From positions 1 to 63,992 of the forward strand of contig JAUXTZ010000043.1 in assembly GCA_030681095.1 (NCBI GenBank): a stretch of DNA of 63,992 bases. The letters are read 5' to 3'. Positions within the stretch are counted from its first letter, which is position 1. Each line of letters begins with the position of its first letter. This document shows, piece by piece, positions 17,507 through 26,946 of this stretch. The translations under genes were made by a program, and so were the position numbers. Below the pieces are notes generated by a model. It saw only the letters and a list, made by a program, of their open reading frames with translations. It was not told the origin of the DNA and searched no databases. Origin of the DNA: Burkholderiales bacterium (GTDB lineage Bacteria; Pseudomonadota; Gammaproteobacteria; Burkholderiales; Thiobacteraceae).

Positions 17507-17599
17507 AATTTAGGTTGCAGATTCGTGAATTGTGCAGGAGGGCATGGACTGACGCCGATGGTCTGTCCAAAACCTGTCCGCCATTGCAAACTGAATCAG

Positions 17600-19090
17600 T
17601 TAACGGGCAAGGCCCCCGTCCGCCAGGCGGTTTACCCAGCGATCGGTGAGTGCGATCCAGCCCTCATGCGTGCCCACGCCCGGCAGGCCGGCGCGTCCGA
17701 AACCGCGCCAAGCCCGGCGCAACTCGTCCTCCGCTTCGAGCACCGCTGGCTCGGCCAGGAACGCCGCGCAGCTGGCAAGCAAGCCGGGCACGCAATGACA
17801 CGCCGGCCAGCCAAAGGAGACAAAGGTCTCAAGGTCGGGCTGGACGCCACGGAATCCATTTTCGCCATCAGGCAGCGGCCCCGTTTGGTTCAGCAGGATG
17901 AGGCGCAGTGCCGGCAGCGTGAACAGTGCGCGTGCCAGTTCGCGACGGAAGCCGCGCATGTCACCCTGCGCATACGCACAGAAGGCGCGAATTGCGGCGC
18001 ATTGCCGGTCAAGCTCATCGCGAAACCGCCGCGTCTCGCGCTGTGCGGCTGCCGCATGGCCGGCTTGGAGCAGCAGCAGCGGCAACACGTAGCGCGCCCC
18101 GACGTTATCGTTTAGGTTGAGGGCGAGCAGCTTGCGCGCCAGGGCCGTGGCCTTGCGCAGTTCCCATCGCTCGTGGTGGATTTTCATCCGTAACCAGAGC
18201 ATGCGGTGGTAGGGGCGGTTGTCCAGGAAACCCCAGGCTAAGCCGCCGTCATAGCCGGTTGGCACCAAGGCCTCCGCTTGGCGGATAAAGCGGTCCAATG
18301 TGGCACCGGCCTCGGCCTCGCCTTCCTCATGCTGCAGCCACGCCAGCTGAAGCCCCGCTTCCAGAAAGCCCGGCTGCGCGGCCAGCGCCGCTTCGATCCA
18401 GGGGCGCGCCGGGCGGAAGTCTTCAATGACCTGGTCCAGATGATCTACGACCCGCTCGTCCAACTGCTCTATCAGGTCATGGCAGGCCGGGCTGCGGACG
18501 AAGCGGCCGCGCGGGCCGTCGGCATCGACCTCAAAGCGATAGAGCGGCTCTGCGGCGCGCAAAGGGGTGCGCTCGCGGACCGCCAACCATTGGCCATCAC
18601 TGCACAGGCGCGCGCACACGTCGTCGAGAAAGCGCTGCGGCTGCATGTCGGTCAGCATTGCCAGGGCTGAGGCCAGTCGCTCGTACGCGCTCACCACCTC
18701 AGATGGGACACGGACAGCCGGCGGCGTCTTTACCAGCAGCACGGCAGCAAGCGCCAGCCGCTTGGCCCAGGGCCCGGGCGCGCCATCGCGCTGGAAGCCC
18801 GAGGCGCGTGCCAAGTGCTGCGACAGATCGTGCCACGAGGCAAAGCCAAGGGCTTGGGCCAGCGTTTCGAGGGCGTGGCCACGCTGTTGGCCCGTCACGC
18901 AGCCAATGAGCTTGGCGGCGTGCTTCAGCCGCGCCGACAGTTCTTGCGCGCAACGCACAGGCGCCGTGCGCAGCCAGAAGCCAAGACGGTCATGCTCCAG
19001 CAGGTCGTTGGCGCCGTCCGACGCCCCAGTGGGGGAAGGAATTAAGGACACAAATTCTCCAGACAGGCGGCAAACGAATGGCCCGCTCAT
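17600..19090 (-). CDS. hypothetical helical-repeat (TPR-like) protein, 496 aa
   Basis: Long high-GC ORF, alpha-helical and Leu/Ala-rich. The N-terminal HALETLAQALGFASWHDLSQHL module is seen in many uncharacterised proteins. No catalytic motif. Confidence 0.55.
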   Translation of the reverse strand: MSGPFVCRLSGEFVSLIPSPTGASDGANDLLEHDRLGFWLRTAPVRCAQELSARLKHAAKLIGCVTGQQRGHALETLAQALGFASWHDLSQHLARASGFQRDGAPGPWAKRLALAAVLLVKTPPAVRVPSEVVSAYERLASALAMLTDMQPQRFLDDVCARLCSDGQWLAVRERTPLRAAEPLYRFEVDADGPRGRFVRSPACHDLIEQLDERVVDHLDQVIEDFRPARPWIEAALAAQPGFLEAGLQLAWLQHEEGEAEAGATLDRFIRQAEALVPTGYDGGLAWGFLDNRPYHRMLWLRMKIHHERWELRKATALARKLLALNLNDNVGARYVLPLLLLQAGHAAAAQRETRRFRDELDRQCAAIRAFCAYAQGDMRGFRRELARALFTLPALRLILLNQTGPLPDGENGFRGVQPDLETFVSFGWPACHCVPGLLASCAAFLAEPAVLEAEDELRRAWRGFGRAGLPGVGTHEGWIALTDRWVNRLADGGLAR

Positions 19091-19300
19091 TCCGCGCCTG
19101 CAGAATTGGTGTCGTGGTTGGCGAAGAAAGGATTACGGTCGCTGGGGTGTTTTACCGATGCGGGCGGAAGGCGCGCGACAAGTGCCGGATCGAAGCCTAG
19201 CACAGGGTGCGGACGGGATCAAGTTCACGCCCATCCGCGCCACAGGACACAATCACTCTAGGGGAACGGGCAGATTAGCCCGGCATTCAGGGGGAATTGC

Positions 19301-20746
19301 ATGCTGAATTTCATCGGCTTCGCGTTCATCGTCCAACTGCTGTTGGCGATCGCGTTCGCAATGTTCCGGGACATGTTCACTCGGCACAGCCTGGAAGTGG
19401 GTCGCGTGCTGCGCCTGCCGACCCGGTCCGAATTGCTTGCACGGACCATGATGGCCAAGGTCTTGCACTGGACCGCTGTCGATTACCGGCGGCGCGCTCG
19501 GGCCGCGCCCGCGCAACGGCTGCAGCCCTTTGGCGATGCCCATCCCACCGACCCCACGCATCTGGCGGTATTCGTGCGCGGAACCTTCGGCGCGCCCGGC
19601 TACGACAAGCGCTGGAACCAAGTCGAAGCCACGCTGAAAGCGGTTCACCCGCGCACCGCATTCTTCTGCTTCTATTGGCCGGGGCACAACGGCGAGCGCG
19701 CGCGCCGGGCCGACGGTGCAGCTTTGGCCGAGGCGCTAGCGGCTTTGTCCGCACGCCACCGCGGCCGCCCGATCCTCGCGGTCGGCCATTCGCACGGCGG
19801 TACGGTGATCGAGCATGCCTCGCGCACCCTCTCCTGTGAGGTGCCGCTGGTGCCGATTCTGCTGGCGGCACCAACCTTGCAATACGACGAAAAGCTGGCG
19901 GACCGATCGCATGCCCATCTCACCGCCTTGCTCTACGCCAGCGCGGTCTTCATCCCAGCCCTGCTGCTGCACCTCATGGGCTGGGCGCTGTGGCTGCTGA
20001 GGCAGCCCGCGCTGCAGCAATGGAACCTCGCCTGGTTTGAACCCCTGGGCATCGCCGCCGTTGTTGCCGTGTTCGCCTTGCGGCCTGCGGCACGACGCGC
20101 AAGGGAGACCCTCGGCGCCGCCCCGCCCGCGCCGCGGCATGCGGTCCGCCACATCTGGTGCCGCGGTGACGAGGTCTTCGACCTCTTCACACGGGCAGAC
20201 GCGGTTCGCGTCGCCAGCGACACTTTGCGCGAAGCATGGCACGAGCGACTGGAGCGGCTGCGGGCTGAACCCTGGGTGCGCGTTATCCTGTTCGAGCTAG
20301 TGGCTTGCGTGCTGTGCTGGATCCTGATGGATGCCTCTGTGCGCGAACTCGCACGCAGCGACCCGGCCATGCTGCATCCCCTGGTCCGGGAACCCGGCTT
20401 GATGCGCGACATGTCGGTGATTCTTGCAGCGATGTTCCTGAAGTTGCTGGTGTACGGCAGGCCCCGGGTTTACCGGGCGCTCGCCTCGATGACAAGCCTG
20501 GTGCTTTTCGCGATGCGCGCAGGCCTGGCCCAACTCTGCCGGGTCACGTTGGCCGGCCTCTCGTTTACTGAGGGCATCTTGGTCGAGGTGCTCCCTCGCT
20601 TGCCGGTGTCTGACGGCTGGCACGAGGTCGAAGTTGAGCCTTCGGTCAAGTCGTCGCGCGCGATGGCTGTCCACTCGGCCACGCTGGGAGACAAAGCCGT
20701 GATGCAGGCCCTGGCCAAGATGGCTAGTGCGGTCGCGTCAGACTGA
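19301..20746 (+). CDS. membrane-anchored alpha/beta-hydrolase (putative serine esterase)
   Basis: N-terminal TM segment (FIGFAFIVQLLLAIAFAMF), nucleophile elbow VGHSHGG, and several hydrophobic segments in the C-terminal half. Confidence 0.65.
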   Translation: MLNFIGFAFIVQLLLAIAFAMFRDMFTRHSLEVGRVLRLPTRSELLARTMMAKVLHWTAVDYRRRARAAPAQRLQPFGDAHPTDPTHLAVFVRGTFGAPGYDKRWNQVEATLKAVHPRTAFFCFYWPGHNGERARRADGAALAEALAALSARHRGRPILAVGHSHGGTVIEHASRTLSCEVPLVPILLAAPTLQYDEKLADRSHAHLTALLYASAVFIPALLLHLMGWALWLLRQPALQQWNLAWFEPLGIAAVVAVFALRPAARRARETLGAAPPAPRHAVRHIWCRGDEVFDLFTRADAVRVASDTLREAWHERLERLRAEPWVRVILFELVACVLCWILMDASVRELARSDPAMLHPLVREPGLMRDMSVILAAMFLKLLVYGRPRVYRALASMTSLVLFAMRAGLAQLCRVTLAGLSFTEGILVEVLPRLPVSDGWHEVEVEPSVKSSRAMAVHSATLGDKAVMQALAKMASAVASD

Positions 20747-20775
20747 GACCGGACTCCGAGGGTCCCAATATCCGT

Positions 20776-21213
20776 TCAGGCCGCCAATTCAGCCAATCGG
20801 ACGGCGGCCTCCTTCTTACCCATCTTTCTTAAGGCCGCAATCGCCGACAGCTGGCTCGCGCGAGGACGCGCCCTGCTGTCCTCCCACTTGTAGACCGACT
20901 GTCCCGAGACACCCAGCAAAGTGGCCAGCGCGTTTGCTGACAGTCCAAGCCGCTGCCTTTGTGCTGCGAATCCCTTGGCGCTGAAGCGCAGCGAGGTCTT
21001 AGGCTCGTCCACCGCGGTCGGTTGAGACTTCTTTCCTTGCACCTTGCTCAGTCTGCCGAGTTGCTGGCGCAGGGCGGCCACCTCGCGTTTCAGCGCGGCA
21101 ATGTCCGAGCGGTATTGCGCGGATGCTTTCTTGAGCCGCTGGGTTTCGCCGCGCACCTCTTTGCGAGAGACGCGTGCAATCTCTTCTTTCAAAACTGATG
21201 CGATATTGGGCAT
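20776..21213 (-). CDS. XRE-type HTH DNA-binding protein with N-terminal coiled coil
   Basis: 145 aa. C-terminal HTH GLSANALATLLGVSGQSVYKWE, charged coiled-coil N-terminus. Confidence 0.7.
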   Translation of the reverse strand: MPNIASVLKEEIARVSRKEVRGETQRLKKASAQYRSDIAALKREVAALRQQLGRLSKVQGKKSQPTAVDEPKTSLRFSAKGFAAQRQRLGLSANALATLLGVSGQSVYKWEDSRARPRASQLSAIAALRKMGKKEAAVRLAELAA

Positions 21214-22059
21214 GGAGCAATTTTCTTAAAAGTACGATGCGCTCACTTTAGCCGCATCTGCGATCCGAACTGCCTTGCGTCCCGGCCTCTGGCCGTCGGG
21301 CTCCCGGGCCTTGCCCCGCGCCTTTCAGTCGCGGCCATACGGCTTTGATCCCTGACACCTCCGCCAGCATCGCCGGCTGCGCGCTGGACTTGCCGAAAAG
21401 CATCAGACTGCGGGGAGATGACCTCGACGCTCCTGTTGCCGTGCCACGGCGCGACGAAGGGTCGATGAAAACCAGGCGGTCCCTCCAGGGGACTGGCTAA
21501 AGCCAATCCCCGCCGCGCAGGCTTGGCGCCCCTCTATACCGCCGACCAGGCGGCGCCTGATCGGCCAGCGCATGGTGCCGATGCACGCTGTGCGCTTGTT
21601 CACCTCCAGCCAGGCGTGCCCGTGGCACGCAGTGGCGCTCGCCGCGCGGCCGTGGCTTCGTCGCTCCCCTGGCCGTTGGCCGGGTATCCGTCTTTCCCCT
21701 CCTTCATCGCTGATCCCGCGACCGTAGCCGCCGGTGCCTGGCCGTCAAGGCGCGCAGGGCCGTGTCCTCGCCTTCGGCTGCGGGCCGCACCAACCCTGCG
21801 CTTGTTTCCTTGACGGCCAGTCCCCGCCGGCCCGGTTTTTCGCGGGCGATGAACTCAGGAAAGACGGCGGCAACGGCGACCAGCCCAGGTCACTGCGCCG
21901 AACCCACCGAAGCCAACACCGGGCTCCGAATCTTGGAATCCGGCTGGTGTGGGAAACCACAGGAGAGCCGCGCATGCAGATACCGACACCTTGAACACCT
22001 TCCTTTTCTTTCTTCCATTTTCACTTTCAACGTCCCGGCAAGGGACAGGAGATTTCAAT

Positions 22060-24066
22060 ATGAACACCGCTACCCTTCACGAAACCACCGCCATCGCCGC
22101 TGCTGTCGCAGCCGTCACGGCTGCGCAGGAACTCCTGCTGATTCCGCTGTCCAAGCTGCGGCCTTCCAGCCGCAACGTGCGCAAGAGCGGCGGCACGTCG
22201 ATTCCCGAACTCGCTGCCAGCATCGCCCGCGTCGGTTTGCTGCAAAACCTCAACGTGGTGCTGGCCCCCGATGGCGATCACTACGAGGTCGTGGCCGGTC
22301 GTCGTCGCCTCGCCGCGCTCAAGCTGCTGGTCAAGCGACGCAAGCTCGCGAAAGACTTCGAGGTGGCTTGCCTGCTGGGGTCTGATGCTGCTGCGCGCAC
22401 CGTCAGCCTCACCGAGAACGTGCAGCGCGAGGCCATGCACCCGGCCGACCAGTTCGAGGCTTTTGCCGATCTGGTGGCCGAAGGACGGCCCATCGAAGAC
22501 ATTGCCGCCGACTTCGGCGTGACGCCCTTGGTGGTGCAGCGGCGCTTGAAGCTCGCTAACGTCTCGCCGCGCCTGTTGGCCGACTACCGGGGTGACGCCG
22601 TCACGCTGGAGCAGTTGATGGCGCTTGCCATCACCGACGACCATACGGCGCAGGAAGCGGCGTTCTATGAGTCGCCGCAGTGGCAGCGCAGCCCGGAAGC
22701 ACTGCGCGATCACCTCACGCATGAAGAGATCGACGCGGGCCGGGATGCGTTGGCCAAATTCGTGGGCGTCCAGGCCTACGAACAGGCTGGTGGTGCTGTG
22801 CGGCGCGACCTGTTCGCGGATGAACAAAACGGCATCTTTTTCACGGACGCGGCACTGCTGGAGTCGCTGACGAAAGACAGGCTCGTGCCGATGGTCGAGC
22901 AGGTACAGGCCGAGGGCTGGGGTTGGGTGGACGTGGCCCCGCGTGCTACCTACGCCGACTTGCACCAGTTCCAGCGCATGCGCAGCAAGCGGCGCGAACC
23001 GAGCAAGGCCGAAGCCAAGCGCATCGCCAAGCTCGAAGCGCAGCAAGGCAAGCTGCAAGACCGCCTCGACGACGAGAACGAGGACATGACGGATGAGCAG
23101 GCGCAGGGCGTGCAGGACGAGATGGACACGCTGGGCAACGAACTCGAAGCCATCGAGCGCACGTTGGTGGTCTATCCGCCCCGCACGATGGCGACGGCGG
23201 GGGCAGTGGTGTCGCTCGACCATATGGGCGGCGTGATCGTGCATCGCGGGCTGCTGCGCGAAGAGCAGGCCAAGACGCAGCGGCAGCAAGAGCGCGATGG
23301 GCACAGTGCGGGTGACGAAGCCGAAGGGGGCGGCGATCAGCAGGAAGCCAAACTCAACATTTCTGAGAGGCTGGTCAAGCGCCTGAGTGCCCATCGCACC
23401 GCCGCCCTTCAGGCCGAGGTCGCCCGGCATCCGCACGTCGCACTGGTCGCGGTGGTGCATCGGCTTGCGATGCGCGTCATCCATGACGCGCACTATGGCT
23501 CGCCCATCAATATCACCGCCAATCCGCAGGACCGGCTGGAGCAGTACGCGCCGGACGTGGCCGAGGCACCGGCTGCGGTGGGCATGCGGCAGGTGCGGGA
23601 GGCTTGGGCTGAACGCCTGCCCCACGACCCGGATGCGTTGTTCACCGAGTTGTTGGCGATGCCGCAGCAGGAACTGCTGTCGCTGCTCGCGGTGTGCGTG
23701 GGCTTCACGGTGACAGCCATTGGTTCGCGTGAGGACGAAGCCCCGGCTGTTGCGCTGGCGCAGGCCGTGGGACTGGACATGCATGCGTGGTGGACGCCGA
23801 CCGCCGCGGGCTACTTCGATCACGTTTCCAAGGCCAAGGCACTGGAAGGGGTGCGGGACTTCGCGTCCGGTGAAGTGAACCGGCTCGGCAAACTCAAGAA
23901 GGCGCAGATCGCCAGCGAGGCCGAGCGGCTGGCTGCGGGTACAGGCTGGCTGCCCGCGATGTTCTGCGCCCAGGAAGCAGTGGCGGTTGACGTTGCAGGC
24001 GCTGAACCGCTTGCTGAGGGGCAGGCTGATGCCGAAGCCCAAGAGGACGCGCACGCAACGGCGTGA
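22060..24066 (+). CDS. large ParB-like nuclease-domain protein (ICE-type), 668 aa
   Basis: LIPLSKLRPSSRNVRK and YEVVAGRRRLAALKLL ParB motifs. Start refined to ATG 22060 with an AGGAG RBS at 22047-22051. Confidence 0.85.
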   Translation: MNTATLHETTAIAAAVAAVTAAQELLLIPLSKLRPSSRNVRKSGGTSIPELAASIARVGLLQNLNVVLAPDGDHYEVVAGRRRLAALKLLVKRRKLAKDFEVACLLGSDAAARTVSLTENVQREAMHPADQFEAFADLVAEGRPIEDIAADFGVTPLVVQRRLKLANVSPRLLADYRGDAVTLEQLMALAITDDHTAQEAAFYESPQWQRSPEALRDHLTHEEIDAGRDALAKFVGVQAYEQAGGAVRRDLFADEQNGIFFTDAALLESLTKDRLVPMVEQVQAEGWGWVDVAPRATYADLHQFQRMRSKRREPSKAEAKRIAKLEAQQGKLQDRLDDENEDMTDEQAQGVQDEMDTLGNELEAIERTLVVYPPRTMATAGAVVSLDHMGGVIVHRGLLREEQAKTQRQQERDGHSAGDEAEGGGDQQEAKLNISERLVKRLSAHRTAALQAEVARHPHVALVAVVHRLAMRVIHDAHYGSPINITANPQDRLEQYAPDVAEAPAAVGMRQVREAWAERLPHDPDALFTELLAMPQQELLSLLAVCVGFTVTAIGSREDEAPAVALAQAVGLDMHAWWTPTAAGYFDHVSKAKALEGVRDFASGEVNRLGKLKKAQIASEAERLAAGTGWLPAMFCAQEAVAVDVAGAEPLAEGQADAEAQEDAHATA

Positions 24067-24076
24067 TCCTCATGAT

Positions 24077-24098
24077 TCCCCGGCCGCGAGGCCGGGGA
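24077..24098 (+). terminator. 9-bp GC hairpin after the parB-like gene
   Basis: tccccggcc / ggccgggga with a gcga tetraloop. No U-tract follows, so terminator function is uncertain. Confidence 0.4.
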
Positions 24099-24308
24099 TC
24101 GAGAAATCGGCGCGACGCGCGCGGCAGGTCTGCCGCGCGCGTTTTGACTTCCGGGTCACCCGGTCCTCAGCTCCCTGAGTAGTGCACTACGCCAGCGCTC
24201 GCTGTGGTGGGTTGAGGATGCCTGCTGGACACGGGAGCATCGAACAGCACCGATCGCCTGCTATCCAGCGCGCTGATCGAGCCTTCGACAACCCCACCCG
24301 GATACCCT

Positions 24309-24758
24309 ATGAACCACCAAGGCGTCAGCGAGATATTCTTTGAAGAGTCCTACACCGTCCCGGCAGACCAGACGGCAAAGTCGCTTTTCTCGCGGCTTCC
24401 TCACGGAAGCGGGTATGCGGAGCGGCTGATCGAATGTCTTGCCACCGGCTACCTGGTGGCGGTGGTCGAATCCATTTGCATTCGTGAGATGCAGCAGCAC
24501 GTCGATGCCGCCGCTGAAGTGGTGGTCGGCCGAACGATCCGCATCGACCACCGCGGGCCGATCCCGCCTGGGTCGCCCCTGCGGTTGTGCGGATGGCTCG
24601 AACGGCTGGGAGATCGGAGCGCGACATTCCGCGTTCAGGCCCACGATGCGCACGAAATCGTCTGCGAGGCCACTGTCACACTGGTGGCCGCACAGCGGGC
24701 ACATCTGGAGTCGCGCATTGCGACAAAGGTTCTGGCGCTCCAATGCCCTGGAACCTAG
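24309..24758 (+). CDS. hotdog-fold thioesterase (FlK-like family)
   Basis: 149-aa ORF. The pattern ATGYLVAVVESICIREM...VVGRTIRIDHRGPIP resembles the FlK/thioesterase-superfamily core (recollection). Confidence 0.55.
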   Translation: MNHQGVSEIFFEESYTVPADQTAKSLFSRLPHGSGYAERLIECLATGYLVAVVESICIREMQQHVDAAAEVVVGRTIRIDHRGPIPPGSPLRLCGWLERLGDRSATFRVQAHDAHEIVCEATVTLVAAQRAHLESRIATKVLALQCPGT

Positions 24759-25352
24759 AAACGAGGCGCTCCGCCGTTTGCGGAGCGCGGATCATCGCTC
24801 AGCTTGATGCGCTTGAATGTCATGGGCGCCGTCCCGAGTAAATCCGGCGGGCAGGCTGCCGTGACGATGGTGGCTCACCGAGGGCCTTCCCGCGTGCACT
24901 TCCTTCCACGCCGCAAATGCCGATCCGCTGGCCAGCGCCGATGCGGCGGGATCGTTCTTCCTTGTCTCGTTGTCGGCCGACATGGACCTGGGCTGCATCG
25001 GGGGGCCTGCCGGAACGCTGTTGCAGCGATGACGGTGCTGGGGCCATGCGTCCTTTCGCTACAGGATCACACCCACAGCGGCCTTGCATTTGTCGTGAAT
25101 CCTGGCTCGGGCACGGCGGCGCTGCACTTCGTTTCGCGCCGCCTCGGGCTTCTTCGCCGCAACCGTCCAGCCCGACAAATTTCCCCGACCTGCGGTCTTC
25201 CTCGCGAGGCAAATTTCTCGGGCTTCCCGGTCCTTCACTGCGTTGCGGCCCCTTCGCTTCGCTACGGGATGCGGCGCGCCCGGACCCTCACCCATCGGAT
25301 CACGCCAAGGCCGCGATGGGCGCGACCTGGTTAACTTCAAAAGGACTTCATC

Positions 25353-25658
25353 ATGGCCAACATCGGCACCTTCACCGCACAGAACGACAGCTACACCGGC
25401 ACGGTTCGCACCCTGACGCTCAACGTCAAGGTCAAGATCGTGCCCAACAACAAAGAGAGCGAGAACGCCCCGGACTACCGCATCGTCGCTGGCAACTTCG
25501 AGATCGGCGCGGCGTGGAAGAAAGTGAGCAAATCGGATCGCCCCTACCTGTCGGCGACCCTGGATGACCCGTCGTTCCCTGCAACCATCTATGCCCGCCT
25601 GGTAGAAGGCGAGGACGGCGCGCACAACCTGATCTGGTCACGCAGCAAGGGCGACTGA
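25353..25658 (+). CDS. DUF736-family protein
   Basis: MANIGTFTAQNDSYTGTVRTLTLNVKVKIVPN...DYRI is the canonical DUF736 N-terminus common in ICEs and plasmids. Confidence 0.85.
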   Translation: MANIGTFTAQNDSYTGTVRTLTLNVKVKIVPNNKESENAPDYRIVAGNFEIGAAWKKVSKSDRPYLSATLDDPSFPATIYARLVEGEDGAHNLIWSRSKGD

Positions 25659-25669
25659 GCGTCGCCCTC

Positions 25670-25700
25670 GGCGCCCCGCCACTGCGGGGCGCCTTTTTAT
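25670..25700 (+). terminator. rho-independent terminator
   Basis: 10-bp perfect stem ggcgccccgc / gcggggcgcc, loop cact, followed by tttttatt. Confidence 0.8.
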
Positions 25701-25713
25701 TCCCCGTCAGCCG

Positions 25714-26382
25714 TCATTTCAACAGCTCGGGCAGGCAGTCGGCGAACGCGGGCTGGATCTTACTCATGGGCTTAACGACGGCTTCGTCCCACGTCAGGAC
25801 CGCGAGGGCCATGGCGGTCATCGTGAGCAGGCCATTGGAGTTGCGCAGGATCTGCAGGGCCAGGTGAACCGGGAAGCCCTCGGCCTGCCGGCGCAGCGGA
25901 TGGATGCCGCCATGCACGAAAGAGTTCATGGCATGCCAGGACACGTCCTTGAAGTGGGCCAGCATTTGGTGTGCGGCCGCGGGCACGTTGATGCCGACAC
26001 GCTTGCCAATTTGCTCGATCATTTCGCTGGCCGAAGGTAGATTTTTTGCGGCCAACTCGCTCTCGGTGGTCAGCGGCGCGGTGAGCTTTTCGATGGCCAG
26101 GTCGTTGGCCGCGTACTGCAGCCACATGGCGCGAGTCAAAGCCTCGAACTGCAGCCGCATCAGGCCGACCGCCGACGTGGCCAATCCCATCGCCATCAAG
26201 GCTCGCAGGCTGAGACCATGCTCAAGCGCAACGGAACACATACTGAAGGCAGCCTCGCCGCGAGGTGAAGGATCGAACTCGGCACCGTCGAGCAGGTGCA
26301 ACAGGGCTTCGTGCAGCTCGTCGGAACGACGGAGCATGACTTCCAAGGGATCGACAGAGGTTTCTTGTTGGGGAGCTTCCAT
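25714..26382 (-). CDS. hypothetical helical protein (222 aa)
   Basis: Clean ORF with protein-like composition on the strand opposite its neighbours. No motif recognised. Confidence 0.6.
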   Translation of the reverse strand: MEAPQQETSVDPLEVMLRRSDELHEALLHLLDGAEFDPSPRGEAAFSMCSVALEHGLSLRALMAMGLATSAVGLMRLQFEALTRAMWLQYAANDLAIEKLTAPLTTESELAAKNLPSASEMIEQIGKRVGINVPAAAHQMLAHFKDVSWHAMNSFVHGGIHPLRRQAEGFPVHLALQILRNSNGLLTMTAMALAVLTWDEAVVKPMSKIQPAFADCLPELLK

Positions 26383-26946
26383 ACAGGCATCGTATTCGTT
26401 CAGTGCCGCTCTTGCGCGTCAGCGGATGGAACGGACTGACACCTGACTCGCGGCATTGCGGATGGCCTCAAACAAGTACATCCGTATCTGCGCCTGCTCG
26501 CCAATCAGCTTATGCGACTTTGTGGTTCTGCGGGTTGACGGCGATTCGTGAAGACGGCTTTGCGCTTCCGCGGGTTTGGTGAATGCCGTATCGGTGGGTC
26601 TACGACTCTCTGCATATTCGTGATTAAGCCTATGAGTTTTCGTGCGTCTCCGGCGATGCCGGCCGCGCTGTTGTGCTGCGCATCGAGCCGCCGGTGGCGT
26701 CTCGCCCCTTCGGGCTTTCATCGCTGACGCCTTCGCGCCTGGCGGCGCTGCGCACTGCGTTTGCAGGAGCGAGTGGGCTGGTTTGCTGTTCCCTTCACCG
26801 TATCACGCCGTTCTCGCCGTCAAGGTCTGCGCGTGCCTTGCACGCTGGCGTCCTGGCGGCCGTCTGTTGAACCCTGACGGCTGCGCTGCGACGTGCTGCT
26901 TCCGGTCTCGGGCAATCCCGCCCTTATTCCTTCCAAGGAGAAGACC

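Noticed and set aside
18567-19307. 246-aa plus-strand ORF antisense to the helical-repeat gene
   Set aside because: It is a shadow ORF with Arg/Ser/Ala-rich composition. The minus-strand ORF is longer and more protein-like.
22027-24054. 675-aa minus-strand ORF spanning almost the whole parB-like gene
   Set aside because: This is a mirror ORF of the kind common in high-GC DNA. It has an Arg/His/Gly/Pro-rich composition and no motifs. The plus strand carries clear ParB motifs and a good RBS.
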